Part shown: piece after piece, positions 43,539 to 53,473 of the stretch
Numbering within the stretch: the stretch's first letter is position 1
How the letters are laid out: each line of letters opens with the position of its first letter
Notes under the pieces: generated by a model
Told to the model about the DNA's origin: nothing
The model's input: the letters and a program-made list of their open reading frames with translations, nothing else
The model's database searches: none
DNA from: an uncultured bacterium
GTDB lineage: Bacteria; Verrucomicrobiota; Verrucomicrobiia; Limisphaerales; UBA8199
Reading direction: 5' to 3'
DNA: 64,000 bases
NCBI GenBank assembly: GCA_963749495.1
Contig: CAVVMW010000006.1
Location: 256,001-320,000 of the forward strand
Position numbers and translations under genes: made by a program

Positions 43539-44891
43539 TCACTCGTAGCGCAGGGCCTGAATCGGGTCGAGGCGGGCGGCCTTTAGGGCGGGGAAGAGCC
43601 CGGCGGCGACGCCCACGGCGGCGCTGAAGGCGACGGCGACGGCCATCGCCATGGGAGTGATGACCGGGGCGTTGGCGGTGGGGCTGATTTCTTCGAGCAG
43701 GCGCACGAAGCCGCAGGAGGTGACGACCCCCAGGGCGGCGCCGAGCAGGGCGATGACGACGCTCTCGATAAGGACCTGGATGAAGACCGCCAGGCCGGTG
43801 GCGCCAACGGCCTTGGAGATGCCGATCTCGCGGATGCGCTCGTTGATGCTGGCCAGCATGATATTCATGATGCCGATGCCCCCGACGATGAGGCTGATGG
43901 CGGCGATAATGCCGCCGCTCATCCGGGCATTGCGAATCTGCCGGTTGATGTTCTCCAACTGGGTTTCCTGCGTCTGAAACCCGAAGTCCTCGATGCCGCG
44001 GTGGGTGAGCATGAGCACGTTGCGGACCTGCTGCAGGGCCGGCTCCATCTCGTCCAGGGACCCCACTTTGATGTTGATGTCCGTCAGGCGGTTGTCGGGC
44101 ACGCCATTGGTATCGCCAGCGGCGCGGAAGCGTATCCAGGCCGTGTTCAGCGGCATATACAGGGTGAGGTTCTTGCGCCAGAATGCCCAGTTGCCCCGCC
44201 CCCAGCCTTTGCGCCGGGTCGGGCCGCTTTGGACTGCCTGGGGCTGTCTCTTGGCCAATTCACGCTGCTTCTTCTCCTGTTCGCCCTCGTAATGGGCGAA
44301 CATGCCGACGATGGTGAAGGGCTGGCCGTTGAGGTCGATGACGTTGCCAATGGGCACGATTTCCTGCCCGGTTTGCTCCGGCGACCCAAACAACTCGTCG
44401 CGAATGCCCGTGCCGATGACGCACACGGGGTTGGCGTTTTCCTCGTCAAGGTCGGTGAAGAACCGGCCATATTCGAGGGTGTGCAGGTTCATGTCCAGGA
44501 CGGCCGGCGAGACGCCGACCGTCTCGGAGGGCATCACGCTCTTTTCGCCGTGCGTGGCAGTGATGCCCCAGATGGCCATCTGGGGCGAGATGAGCCGGAG
44601 CAGGGAGGCGTTTTGCCGCAGCGCCTCCACGTCGGTCATCGTGCGTCCGGGGGCCTGGTCCGCCAGGTGCTCCTGGTCCACCGGCACGTCCTCGTCCTGG
44701 ACCAGGACCTTGTCCGCGCCGCCCATGGCGATCATGGTCTCTTTCATGCCGTTTTCCATCCCCTTGATGATCGCGGCCATCCCCACCAGGCTCGCCACCC
44801 CCAGGATGATCCCCATCATCGTCAGCAGCGAGCGGAACTTGTGCGCCCACACTTCCTTGAGGCCGACCACGATGGTGTTGAGGAGGTTCAC
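43539..44891 (-). CDS. MacB/FtsX-family ABC permease
   Basis: HKFRSLLTMMGIILGV, GGIGIMNIMLASINERIREIG, AARLDPIQALRYE. Confidence 0.93.
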   Translation of the reverse strand: MNLLNTIVVGLKEVWAHKFRSLLTMMGIILGVASLVGMAAIIKGMENGMKETMIAMGGADKVLVQDEDVPVDQEHLADQAPGRTMTDVEALRQNASLLRLISPQMAIWGITATHGEKSVMPSETVGVSPAVLDMNLHTLEYGRFFTDLDEENANPVCVIGTGIRDELFGSPEQTGQEIVPIGNVIDLNGQPFTIVGMFAHYEGEQEKKQRELAKRQPQAVQSGPTRRKGWGRGNWAFWRKNLTLYMPLNTAWIRFRAAGDTNGVPDNRLTDINIKVGSLDEMEPALQQVRNVLMLTHRGIEDFGFQTQETQLENINRQIRNARMSGGIIAAISLIVGGIGIMNIMLASINERIREIGISKAVGATGLAVFIQVLIESVVIALLGAALGVVTSCGFVRLLEEISPTANAPVITPMAMAVAVAFSAAVGVAAGLFPALKAARLDPIQALRYE

Positions 44892-44901
44892 GAGAAGGAG
44901 G

Positions 44902-44932
44902 CGTGAAACGTGAAACGTGAAACGTGAAACGT
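44902..44932. repeat. Heptamer array, TTTCACG on the gene strand
   Basis: cgtgaaa x4 between the two permease genes. Confidence 0.9.
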
Positions 44933-44945
44933 GCCGGGCAGGAGG

Positions 44946-46433
44946 CTACTCATATCTTAGCGCCTGGATCGGGTTTAAGCGCGCGGCCTTGACCGCCGGG
45001 AACAGGCCGGCGAGGACGCCGATGAGGGCGCTGGCGCCGAAGGCCAGGGCGAGCGCACCCAAGGTGACGATGGGGGCGTTGCCGGTGGGGGAGAAGTGCG
45101 AGATGAGCTGGACCAGTCCATAGGAGGTGGCCAGCCCGGCCAGGCCGCCCAGCAGAGCGATGACCATCGATTCGACCAGGATTTGGATGAAGATGTCGCC
45201 GGTGGCGGCGCCGACGGATTTGCGGATGCCGATCTCGCGAACGCGCTCGGAGATGCTCGCGAGCATAATGTTCATGATGCCGATGCCGCCGACCAGCAGG
45301 CTGATCCCGGCGATGAGGCCGCCGCTGAGCCGGGCATTGCGCACGAAGGTCTTGATTTGCTCGGCCCAATCCTCCTGAGTGCGGAAGGAAAAATCCTCGA
45401 TGCCGTGATGGGTACACATGAGCACGTTGCGGACCTGCTGGAGGGCCTCGGGAAGCACGTCCACCGAGGCGACCTTCAGTTCGAGGGCCGAGAGGCGAGG
45501 GTCGCCTGTTGCCCCGATGGGCATGCCATTGCCGGTGCTGATGGCCGCGCGGGTGGCGCCGGCCCGGAATTTCATCCACACCGTGTTGAGCGGCAGAAAG
45601 ACCGTGGCGTTCTTGAGATAGAAAACGAAACTGCCCCCGCGCCGGCCCCAGCCGCGATTGCGCGCGGGACCGGTCTTTTGCCGCGCGGGGTTGGCCTGGG
45701 CAGCCTCCCGCTCCTTGCGGTCCTGCTCGCTCTCGTAATGTTGGAACATGCCGATGACGGTAAAAGGGATGCCGTTGATGAAGAGCGTTTCGCCCACCGG
45801 GTTGATCCCAGAGCCAACCTCCTCCGGCGAGCCCCAGAGCCTGTCCCGGGTGGCGGTGCCGATCACGCACACGCTCCGGGCCATCTCGTCATCCAGTTCG
45901 TTGAACATCCGGCCGTATTGGACGACGTGCTCGCTCATCTCCAGGGCCACCGGCCAAACCCCGGCGCAGTACCAGGGGCGAAACCTCTTGCCGTTGGCCG
46001 AGAGCGTGGCCCAAAAACGCATCTCCGGCGAGGTCCGGGTCACCAGCGGCGCGCTCTGCTGCAAGGCATAAACGTCGTTGATGGTCACCCCGACGGCCTC
46101 GTCGGTGAGATACCGCTGTTCGGGGGGCAGGTCCTGGGCCTCGATGCGCACTTTCTCCAGCCCGCCGATGGCCACCAGCGCCTCTTTGGCCCCTTTCTCC
46201 ATCCCCGCCACCAGGGCGGACATGGCCACCAGGCTCGACACCCCCAGGATGATCCCCAGCATCGTCAGCAACGAGCGGAACTTGTGCGACCAGATTTCCT
46301 TCAGACCCGTCTGCACCGTGACCAGGGCCTGTTGCGACGAGTGCCGCACCTCCTCGGGGCCGACCCCAAGGAAGGTCCCGGCCGAAGGGGCGGCGGGCTG
46401 GCCGTTGCAGGATTGCACAGGGTTTTGCTCCAT
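44946..46433 (-). CDS. MacB/FtsX-family ABC permease (paralog)
   Basis: HKFRSLLTMLGIILGV, ERVREIGIRK, AARLNPIQALRYE. Confidence 0.93.
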   Translation of the reverse strand: MEQNPVQSCNGQPAAPSAGTFLGVGPEEVRHSSQQALVTVQTGLKEIWSHKFRSLLTMLGIILGVSSLVAMSALVAGMEKGAKEALVAIGGLEKVRIEAQDLPPEQRYLTDEAVGVTINDVYALQQSAPLVTRTSPEMRFWATLSANGKRFRPWYCAGVWPVALEMSEHVVQYGRMFNELDDEMARSVCVIGTATRDRLWGSPEEVGSGINPVGETLFINGIPFTVIGMFQHYESEQDRKEREAAQANPARQKTGPARNRGWGRRGGSFVFYLKNATVFLPLNTVWMKFRAGATRAAISTGNGMPIGATGDPRLSALELKVASVDVLPEALQQVRNVLMCTHHGIEDFSFRTQEDWAEQIKTFVRNARLSGGLIAGISLLVGGIGIMNIMLASISERVREIGIRKSVGAATGDIFIQILVESMVIALLGGLAGLATSYGLVQLISHFSPTGNAPIVTLGALALAFGASALIGVLAGLFPAVKAARLNPIQALRYE

Positions 46434-46519
46434 GGTTGCTGGTCAGGCTGGGCGTTCAGCGTCCTGCACAGGTGCGGGACCAGGTTTGGAGTGAATGTTC
46501 ACGCGGGGTGGACTTCGAG

Positions 46520-46735
46520 CTTTGTCCCGGAGGGACATCCCGAAAATAGCCCGGCGCTTCAGCGCCGGGTACGATGTTCCAAAGAGGCCGCGTCCCGAAA
46601 GGGACGCCTGAGGCTCAGTGGCTGATGTATGGCATGCGGCTGATTCAGCCGTCCCTTCGGGACGGACGCAACGTTAAAGGGCTTGTCCCGGCGCTGAAGC
46701 GCCGGGCTATTATCGAGATGTCCCTCCGGGACAAC
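46520..46735. repeat. Family M composite palindrome
   Basis: gtcccggagggacatc..atagcccggcgcttcagcgccggg..inverted copy. Confidence 0.85.
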
Positions 46736-46838
46736 CACTGATCGCAAGCCAGGTGACATCTCGAAAGGTGCGGACAAGGCCGAGGCAAATGCGCAGATGC
46801 GCACCTCAAGAGTTACGACGGCGAAAAAGCGCGAGAGC

Positions 46839-46980
46839 CTTTTGGACTGCGGTCCCGATGGATCGGGACCGCTTTTAGGTTCGGGGCGGCACGAAAGCGC
46901 CAGAGGACTGGCGCAGTCCAAAACCTTCGGGCCTTCACCGCCTTCGGCTTCCACGCAACTCTCGCATCGGGGTTTCATGG
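46839..46980. repeat. Family K doublet variant
   Basis: ttttggactgcggtcccgatggatcgggaccgcttt..gcgcagtccaaaa..ggtttcatgg. Confidence 0.75.
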
Positions 46981-47724
46981 AGCGGCTGGGCTCGGAGTGT
47001 GCGTGGGGGGCGTCGGCGGCGCCACGCGAGCCAGGCCCGCGAGGGCCGGGTCGGTCTTGAGGGCGATCTTGCCGTCGCGAATCTCGATGCGCCTGGGCGT
47101 GACTGCCGCAATCTCCGGGTCATGCGTGACCAGCACCATGGTCCGGCCCTCCTGGCTGAGCTTGCGGAAGAGCTGCAGGATGGTGTCGCCGGTGATCGAA
47201 TCCAGGTTGCCGGTCGGTTCGTCGGCAAAGACGATGCGCGGGTGGTTGACCAGGGCGCGGGCGATGGCGGCACGCTGCTGCTGGCCGCCGGAGAGTTGGC
47301 TGGGGCGGTGCCGGGCGCGGTTGGCCAGGTCCACCTCTTCGAGGGCGGCCATGGCCCGCTGGCGCCGTTCCCGGCCTGAGATGCCGCTGTAGATCATCGG
47401 CAGTTCCACGTTTTGCACCACGTTCAACTTGGGCAACAGGTTGAAGAACTGGAACACGAACCCGATCTTCCGGTTGCGAATGGCCGCCAATTGCCGCGGC
47501 GAGGCAGCCTGGATCATGGTGCCGTCGAGGCGGATCGTCCCTTTGGTGGGTGAATCCAGGCAGCCCAGGATGTGCATTAGCGTGGATTTGCCGCTGCCGG
47601 ACGGGCCGATGATCGAGATGAATTCACCCTCCTGGATGTCCAGCGAGACGTCGTCCAAGGCGCGGATTTCCTCCTCACCCAGGCGGTAGATCTTGCTGAC
47701 GTTGCGGAGTTCGACCAAAGCCAT
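46975..47724 (-). CDS. MacB/LolD-type ABC ATP-binding protein
   Basis: GPSGSGKST, IGFVFQFFNLL, LSGGQQQR, ADEPTGNLD, VTHD. Confidence 0.95.
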   Translation of the reverse strand: MALVELRNVSKIYRLGEEEIRALDDVSLDIQEGEFISIIGPSGSGKSTLMHILGCLDSPTKGTIRLDGTMIQAASPRQLAAIRNRKIGFVFQFFNLLPKLNVVQNVELPMIYSGISGRERRQRAMAALEEVDLANRARHRPSQLSGGQQQRAAIARALVNHPRIVFADEPTGNLDSITGDTILQLFRKLSQEGRTMVLVTHDPEIAAVTPRRIEIRDGKIALKTDPALAGLARVAPPTPPTHTPSPAAP

Positions 47725-47730
47725 GAGGGC

Positions 47731-49071
47731 TCACTTGGTGGGGGCGGCGGCGGCTCCGCTGCGCGGCGTTGCGGGCGGGCTGCCGGTGGTCGTGGCTGCG
47801 GCGGCGGCGGTCGTGGCGGCCGGGCCGCTCCTGGGCAAGGCCTCGGCGACCGAGGCCGCTCTGGGCAAGGCCGCCGTGGCCGCCTTTGTGGCATTGGTGG
47901 AGGCCGGGGCTTGGGCTCGAGGCGGCGCCGGGCCCTTCTCCCCGCCGGGGCGCATACCGGCCAGTTGATGGTTTTGTTTTTCGCGCTCCTCCTTGGGCAA
48001 CTCGAGCGACACCACCTCGCCTGGTTTCAACCCGTCCTGGATCTCGGCAAAGAAGAAATCGGAGACACCTACCTTGACGTTGCGCTTGTCGAAGGCCTCG
48101 CCGCGCTGGACATAGACGAACCGTTCCATGTCAAGGGTATCGGGATTCTTCTCGGTAAAGACGGCCGAGATGGGCACGGCCGTCACGTTGTCGGCCGAGG
48201 CGACGGGGATCTTGACGTTGGCGGTCATGCCGGGGCGCGCGCGCGGGTCAACATTCTTGAGCACGACTCGGGCCGGATAGCCTTTGATGTTGTTCTTGAT
48301 GACGGATTGGGGTTGTATCCGCTCGACCACCCCGGTGATCTGAAGGCCGACCACGGCCTCGATGGTGACATCAACGGTTTCGCCCTGTTTGATGCGGGGC
48401 ACGTCGGCCTGGTTGACCTGGGCATTGATGATCATCGAGTTGAGGTCGGCGATAGTGAGCACCTCGGTGCCGCCGTTAAAGCCATCGGAGCCGGAGACTG
48501 CCTGGCCCATCGAGACGGGGCGGGTGAGGATGGTGCAATCGAAGGGGGCCTTGACGATGGTGTAGGCCAGTTGCTCCTCGGTGATGGCCAGGGCGCGCTG
48601 GGCGCTTTCGAGGGCGTTCTTGGCCAGTTCGTCGGTGGTCTTGGTGTCGTCATAGGTTTCCTGGGAGATGAGCTTGTCGGCCAGGAGTTCCTCCGCCCGC
48701 TTGAGGTCCCGCGCCGCCTTTTCCAGGCTCACCTTTGCCTTGTCAATGTCCGTCACGTTGGAGGCGCGCCGCTGCTGCAGTTCCTTATCGTCCAGCTTGA
48801 AGAGCAGGTCCCCTTGCTTGACGCGGTCGCCCACGTCCACCGGCAGGAGGACAATCCGCCCGGTGACCTGCGGGCGGACGGAGACCTGCTCAGCGGGGCT
48901 GATCTCGCCGGCGGCGGTCACGGAGAAGTTGATGCTGCGCAGCTCCGCCACGGCAGTGCTGGGCCGCCCGGCCATCGAGGGGTCCGGGTGGGTCTTCTGC
49001 CAGTTCTTCCAATACGCGTAGCCGGCCAAACCGGCTCCCGCTATGACTGCCAGGGCAATCCACTTCTTCAT
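47731..49071 (-). CDS. MacA-like periplasmic adaptor subunit
   Basis: N-terminal TM, V..GDRVKQGDLL, coiled coil, KAPFD, RPGMTANV. Confidence 0.9.
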   Translation of the reverse strand: MKKWIALAVIAGAGLAGYAYWKNWQKTHPDPSMAGRPSTAVAELRSINFSVTAAGEISPAEQVSVRPQVTGRIVLLPVDVGDRVKQGDLLFKLDDKELQQRRASNVTDIDKAKVSLEKAARDLKRAEELLADKLISQETYDDTKTTDELAKNALESAQRALAITEEQLAYTIVKAPFDCTILTRPVSMGQAVSGSDGFNGGTEVLTIADLNSMIINAQVNQADVPRIKQGETVDVTIEAVVGLQITGVVERIQPQSVIKNNIKGYPARVVLKNVDPRARPGMTANVKIPVASADNVTAVPISAVFTEKNPDTLDMERFVYVQRGEAFDKRNVKVGVSDFFFAEIQDGLKPGEVVSLELPKEEREKQNHQLAGMRPGGEKGPAPPRAQAPASTNATKAATAALPRAASVAEALPRSGPAATTAAAAATTTGSPPATPRSGAAAAPTK

Positions 49072-49190
49072 TTCGATTAGGAGAGCCCAGATTAACCGCA
49101 ACGACCCCCTCCTGCAAATGCAATCGCACAATCAGGGCTTGCTACTTTGGCCCTAAAACGGTTTGTTCGGGGCCGCAGTTTTAGACGCAA

Positions 49191-50090
49191 ATGAAGCCGG
49201 CGTATTTAATTATTCTGCTGGTCATGAACCTTTTCTGGGCTGGGGTGTATTCCGCCAACAAGGTCCTGGGCGAGGAGCATTTGGGGAGCGGAGGTGTGGT
49301 CACGTTGCGCTTCGGCCTGGCGGGGCTCTGCCTGCTGCTGGCCTGGCCATGGCTGCCGGGGCCGGCCCCGCGCGGGCGCGACCTGCTCAAGACCTGTCTG
49401 ATCGGGTTGATGGGCTACGTGCTGGGGCAGCGCCTCCAGGTCTATGGCAACCAGATGGGCACCGCCGGCAACTGCGCCGTCCTGATGGCCCTCGAACCGA
49501 TTTTGACCTCCGTGGCGGCCGCGGCCTTCCTCCGCGAGCATATCGGGCCGCGCCGCCTCGCCGGCTTTGCCCTGGGCCTGGCCGGCGTGGCCGTCCTGAA
49601 CCGGGTCTGGCGGACCGATTTCCAATGGACTGGCTTGGCGGCAAGCCTGATCTTCGTTTGCTCCTTCCTCTGCGAGGCGGCCTACTCGGTCATCGGCAAG
49701 CCCGTCGTCGCCCGGGCGAGCGTTATGAAGATGCTGGCCATCTCGCTGCTGGCCGGCACGGCGGTCAACCTGTTGATCGATGGACCCGCCACGCTGGCCG
49801 CCGCCCGGTCTCTCTCCCCCCGGGCCTGGGCCTTGCTGGCGATGCTCTCGGTCATTTGCACGTCGATCGGCTACAGCGTCTGGTTCATCGTTATCCGCCA
49901 ATGCCCCATCAACGTCGCCGCCCTCACCATCTTCGTGCAATCGGTCTTCGGCGTCCTGCTGGCCGCCCTCTGGCTGGGCGAGCCCCTCCACTGGGGCCAC
50001 GCCCTGGGCAGCGCCACGATAGTCGCGGGGCTGGTTTTGGGACTCTCAAGGCAGGTGGGCAGCGGCGCAGCCGCGGGGGGAGGGAAATGA
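49191..50090 (+). CDS. DMT/EamA family transporter
   Basis: ~10 hydrophobic helices in two repeats, LRF, FLRE, LGE motifs. Confidence 0.88.
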   Translation: MKPAYLIILLVMNLFWAGVYSANKVLGEEHLGSGGVVTLRFGLAGLCLLLAWPWLPGPAPRGRDLLKTCLIGLMGYVLGQRLQVYGNQMGTAGNCAVLMALEPILTSVAAAAFLREHIGPRRLAGFALGLAGVAVLNRVWRTDFQWTGLAASLIFVCSFLCEAAYSVIGKPVVARASVMKMLAISLLAGTAVNLLIDGPATLAAARSLSPRAWALLAMLSVICTSIGYSVWFIVIRQCPINVAALTIFVQSVFGVLLAALWLGEPLHWGHALGSATIVAGLVLGLSRQVGSGAAAGGGK

Positions 50091-50185
50091 CGAATGACGA
50101 ATGACGAATGACGAATGACGAAAGGGACCAAGGGACTGGGGGAACGCGGGGCATTTCGTCATTCGTCATTCGTCATTCGTCATTC
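50087..50185. repeat. Inverted pair of GAATGAC / TTCGTCA heptamer arrays
   Basis: First unit supplies the EamA stop codon. Confidence 0.92.
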
Positions 50186-50285
50186 CTTTCTCCGGCACTG
50201 GACGTTGCCCGGCGTCCCGCGTATGCTCTGGCCGGTGGAAAGCATTTTAGAACGAGCCCTGGGCCAGAACGGCGGGCAAGCGGCG

Positions 50286-50966
50286 ATGACGGAGAAGCGG
50301 GACTTGCTGGCGCGCCTTCTGGGGCGGTTGGCGCACGAGATCCGCAACCCGCTCAGTTCGCTGGACATTCACGTGCAGTTGCTCGAAGAGGACCTCGTCA
50401 CGCTGGCGCCCCATCTGCGGCAGCAATTGACCGCGCGCCTGGACATCATCCAGGGGGAACTGCACCGCCTGGAGAGCATTGTCGAGAACTTCCTCCGGCT
50501 CAGCGGACCGTCGGCCCTGGATTTGGAGCTGGTCGAGATCATCAAGCTGGTCACGCACGTTTGCGAGCTGCTGCGTCCGGAGGCGGCGGCGCGCGAGATC
50601 GAGATCGTTGCCTCCGTCCAAAGCGGGCTGCCGCAAGTGATGGCCGACCCGGTCCGGCTGATGCAGGCGCTGTTGAACCTGATCATCAACGCGATGCAGG
50701 CCGTCGAGCGCAAGGGGCGCATCGATGTGAGCGGCAGCGTGGCCGGCGAGACGCTGGAGGTGGTCGTCCGCGACACCGGCCCGGGCATCCCGGCGGACAA
50801 GCTCGCCTCCATCTTCGACCCGTATTTCACCACCAAAGCCGAGGGCAACGGTCTTGGCCTGTGGATTGCCCAGCAAATTGTCGTGGCGCACGGCGGCGCC
50901 CTCAAGGCGCAAAACGCCCCGGCCGCGGGCGCCCTGTTCACCATGACCCTGCCCCTGCGCCGGTGA
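50286..50966 (+). CDS. Histidine kinase with only HisKA + HATPase domains
   Basis: LAHEIRNPL, QALLNLIINAMQA, DTGPGI, FDPYFTTK, GNGLGL; no TM or PAS segment (alternative start 50223). Confidence 0.9.
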   Translation: MTEKRDLLARLLGRLAHEIRNPLSSLDIHVQLLEEDLVTLAPHLRQQLTARLDIIQGELHRLESIVENFLRLSGPSALDLELVEIIKLVTHVCELLRPEAAAREIEIVASVQSGLPQVMADPVRLMQALLNLIINAMQAVERKGRIDVSGSVAGETLEVVVRDTGPGIPADKLASIFDPYFTTKAEGNGLGLWIAQQIVVAHGGALKAQNAPAAGALFTMTLPLRR

Positions 50967-50967
50967 T

Positions 50968-51327
50968 GAGGAATGACGAATGACGAATGACGAATGACGA
51001 ATGACGAATGACGAATGACGAATGACGAATGACGAATGACGAATGACGAATGACGAAAATCTCAGATTTCAGATCTGAGATCTGAAATCTGAGATCGCGC
51101 GTCTGGGCGCTGGACTGTGGACTGTGGGCGGTGGACTGTGGACTGTGGGCGGTGGACTGTGGACTGTGGGCGGTGGACTGTGGACTGTGGACTGTGGACT
51201 GTGGACTGTGGACTGTGGACTGTGGACTGTGGACTGTGGACTGTGGACCGTGGACTGTGGACTGTGGACTGTGGACTGTGGGCGGTGGACTGTGGACTGT
51301 GGACTGTGGACTGTGGACTGTGGACTA
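50968..51327. repeat. Composite heptamer field: (GAATGAC)~12, palindromic TCTGAGA block, (TGGACTG)~30
   Basis: Direct reading; fills the whole HK-RR intergenic region. Confidence 0.95.
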
Positions 51328-51331
51328 ATAG

Positions 51332-52836
51332 GTGGACAAATCAAAAATCAAGATTTTGGTGGTTGATGACGAGCAAGGGCTTTGCGCGGGCATCCAGGAG
51401 GCCTTGCGCCGCGAGGGCTACGTGGTGGACGCCACCACCGACGCGGCTGCGGCAGCGCGGCAGGCCGAGGAGCGGCTTTACAACCTGGTGATTTCGGACA
51501 TCAAGATGCCCGGGGCCAGCGGCCTGGACTTGCTGAGCCAGGTCCGCGCGCGCACGCGGGACACGTTGTTCATTCTCATGACCGCCTATGGCACGGTGGA
51601 GAGCGCGGTCGAGGCGATGAAGCAGGGGGCCTACGATTATCTGCCCAAGCCGCTGGACATGAAACGGCTGCGGGCGCTGGTCCAGAAGGCGCTCGAGTTC
51701 CAGGCCGTCGTGGCCGAGAACAACGAGCTGCGCCTGCGCTTGCAGACGCGCTCGGAACCGAGCCTGCTGGTGGGCGAGAGCGAGCCGATGCGCGCCATTG
51801 CGCGGCTGATCGAGGAGGTGGCCAACAGCGACGTGACGGTCCTGATCGAGGGAGAGAGCGGCACAGGCAAGGAGATCGTGGCCCGCTCGATCCACATGCT
51901 CAGCGCGCGGCGCGACAAGCCGTTTATCTCGGTCAATTGCGCCGCCCTGGCCGAGCAGTTGCTCGAGGCCGAGCTCTTCGGCCACGTCAAGGGCGCCTTT
52001 ACCGGGGCGGTCGCCAACAAGCCCGGCCGCTTCCAGTTGGCCGATGGCGGGACGCTCTTCCTGGACGAGATCGGCAACCTCTCGCCCAAGGGCCAGGGCG
52101 ACCTGCTGCGCGTGCTGGAGGACAGCGCCTTCCGGATGGTGGGCGGTTCCGAATTGATCCGTGTCAACGTCCGCGTCATCACCGCCACCAACAAGCGGCT
52201 CCAGGAGGCGGTGCACCAGGGGAAGTTCCGCGAAGACCTTTTCTACCGTGTGCAGATTGTGCCGGTGGTGATGCCGCCCTTGCGGGAGCGCGCCGAAGAC
52301 ATCCCGCTGCTCATCGAGCGGTTCTTCGAGCATTTCTGCGCCAAACACAAGCGCCGCCGCAAACGGATGTCCGCCGAGGCCCTCCAACTCAGCCAGCGAT
52401 TCCCCTGGCCCGGCAACGTGCGCCAACTGCGCAACGCCATCGAGCGCCTCGTCATCACCTGCCGCGAATCCGTCGTCCAGGTCGAGCACCTCCCCGATTT
52501 CCTCCGCGACTATGACCGCAAGACCACCACCTTCACCGTCCGCGCCGGCACGCCCCTGGCCCAGGTCGAGAAGATGCTCATCCGCCAGACCCTGACCCAT
52601 GTGACTGCCAACCGCGAGGACGCCGCCAAGGCCCTGGGCATCAGCCGCCGCGCCCTCCAATACAAGCTCAAACAATATGGGCTGCTCGACCTGGAAAACC
52701 CGGCGCGGCCCCAAGGCCGCGGGCCGCTGCAAACCAGCCGCCCGGAGGGGCAGGGGACTGCCCCGCAAGCCGAGCCCCGGCCCGGCCCGAGGCGGATCCA
52801 TCAGCCACACCGCAAGGGACCGCCACGGGCCTGTAG
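51332..52836 (+). CDS. Sigma54-dependent response regulator (NtrC/AtoC type); true stop probably 52836 (ORF track runs to 52990)
   Basis: Receiver ILVVDDE..DIKMP..KP, GESGTGKE, ELFGHVKGAFTGA, FLDEI, WPGNVRQL, Fis HTH; shifted frame gives a TAG at 52834-52836. Confidence 0.92.
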
Positions 52837-52880
52837 AAGGTCGGAGGGCGAACTTCGTCCTGAGATTCTCTCCCCGTCTG

Positions 52881-53032
52881 TGCACACACCAGGCCCAAGC
52901 CGGTGCAGGAATTGCGCCGAACCGCTCCCCAGGGCCGGGGAATCAGTTTGGGAAGGGGCCGTGGAATTCAATGCAAGTCACTGTGCATAAACCTGTTACA
53001 TCATCACTACAGCTCCTGGCACAGCCCCTGCT
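52881..53032 (+). promoter_or_regulatory. Sigma54 promoter 1 with upstream activator site
   Basis: TGGCACAGCCCCTGC (GG 53018-19, GC 53030-31); GTGCAggaatTGCGC at 52903-52917; TGCAC at 52881. Confidence 0.7.
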
Positions 53033-53110
53033 CTCGGACAGGCCGGTTGCTTTTGTTTGAGAGCAACCGAAAAAACGAAATCTAAAATCAGCTTAACAGT
53101 CCAGTCCATT

Positions 53111-53290
53111 ATGAGCGAAACAAATACTCCTGCTACAACGAACCCGACGCCCTGCGCCTGCTCCTGCTCCGCAGCCCCGGCCACGCCGGCTCCCGTCCAA
53201 GCCGCCCCGGCCCAGCCCCCGGCGCAGCCTGCCGCCGCCCCGGCGCCTGCCACCCCGAAGCCTTCCAAGCGCGGAGCGCGCAAGCGCTAG
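53111..53290 (+). CDS. 59-aa Pro/Ala-rich protein with CxCxC motif and basic tail
   Basis: MSETNTPATTNPTPCACSCSAAPATP...KPSKRGARKR, between a sigma54 promoter and a terminator. Confidence 0.5.
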   Translation: MSETNTPATTNPTPCACSCSAAPATPAPVQAAPAQPPAQPAAAPAPATPKPSKRGARKR

Positions 53291-53386
53291 TCTGCGGCAA
53301 CGTTCGTTTCCAGAAGCATCGAAGTGCTTCCAGAGCCATTCAGGAGGAGGGTGGGACGCCGCTAAAGGCATGCTGAGAGTTAACTC

Positions 53387-53436
53387 AAGCTGGCGCTGCT
53401 CAGGAGGAACGGCAGCGCCAGCTTCTTTTTTGTTTT
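53387..53436 (+). terminator. Rho-independent terminator
   Basis: 13-bp stem aagctggcgctgc/gcagcgccagctt followed by cttttttgtttt. Confidence 0.75.
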
Positions 53437-53473
53437 CGGGGATGTTGTCCGTTCTGGCATTTCTTCACACCTT

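Noticed and set aside
50968..51327. Possible CRISPR array
   Set aside because: Contiguous 7-bp units with no unique spacers and no cas genes
51069..51491. ORFs with TVDCGLW / PQSTVHS repeats (also IRHSSFV, SRFTFHV, PLTPALSP and VLDCGSPLPL ORFs elsewhere)
   Set aside because: They are translations of non-coding DNA repeats that lack stops in those frames
52837..52990. Long C-terminal extension of the response regulator
   Set aside because: It overlaps the predicted enhancer region, and a one-base shift near 52770 gives a stop at 52836
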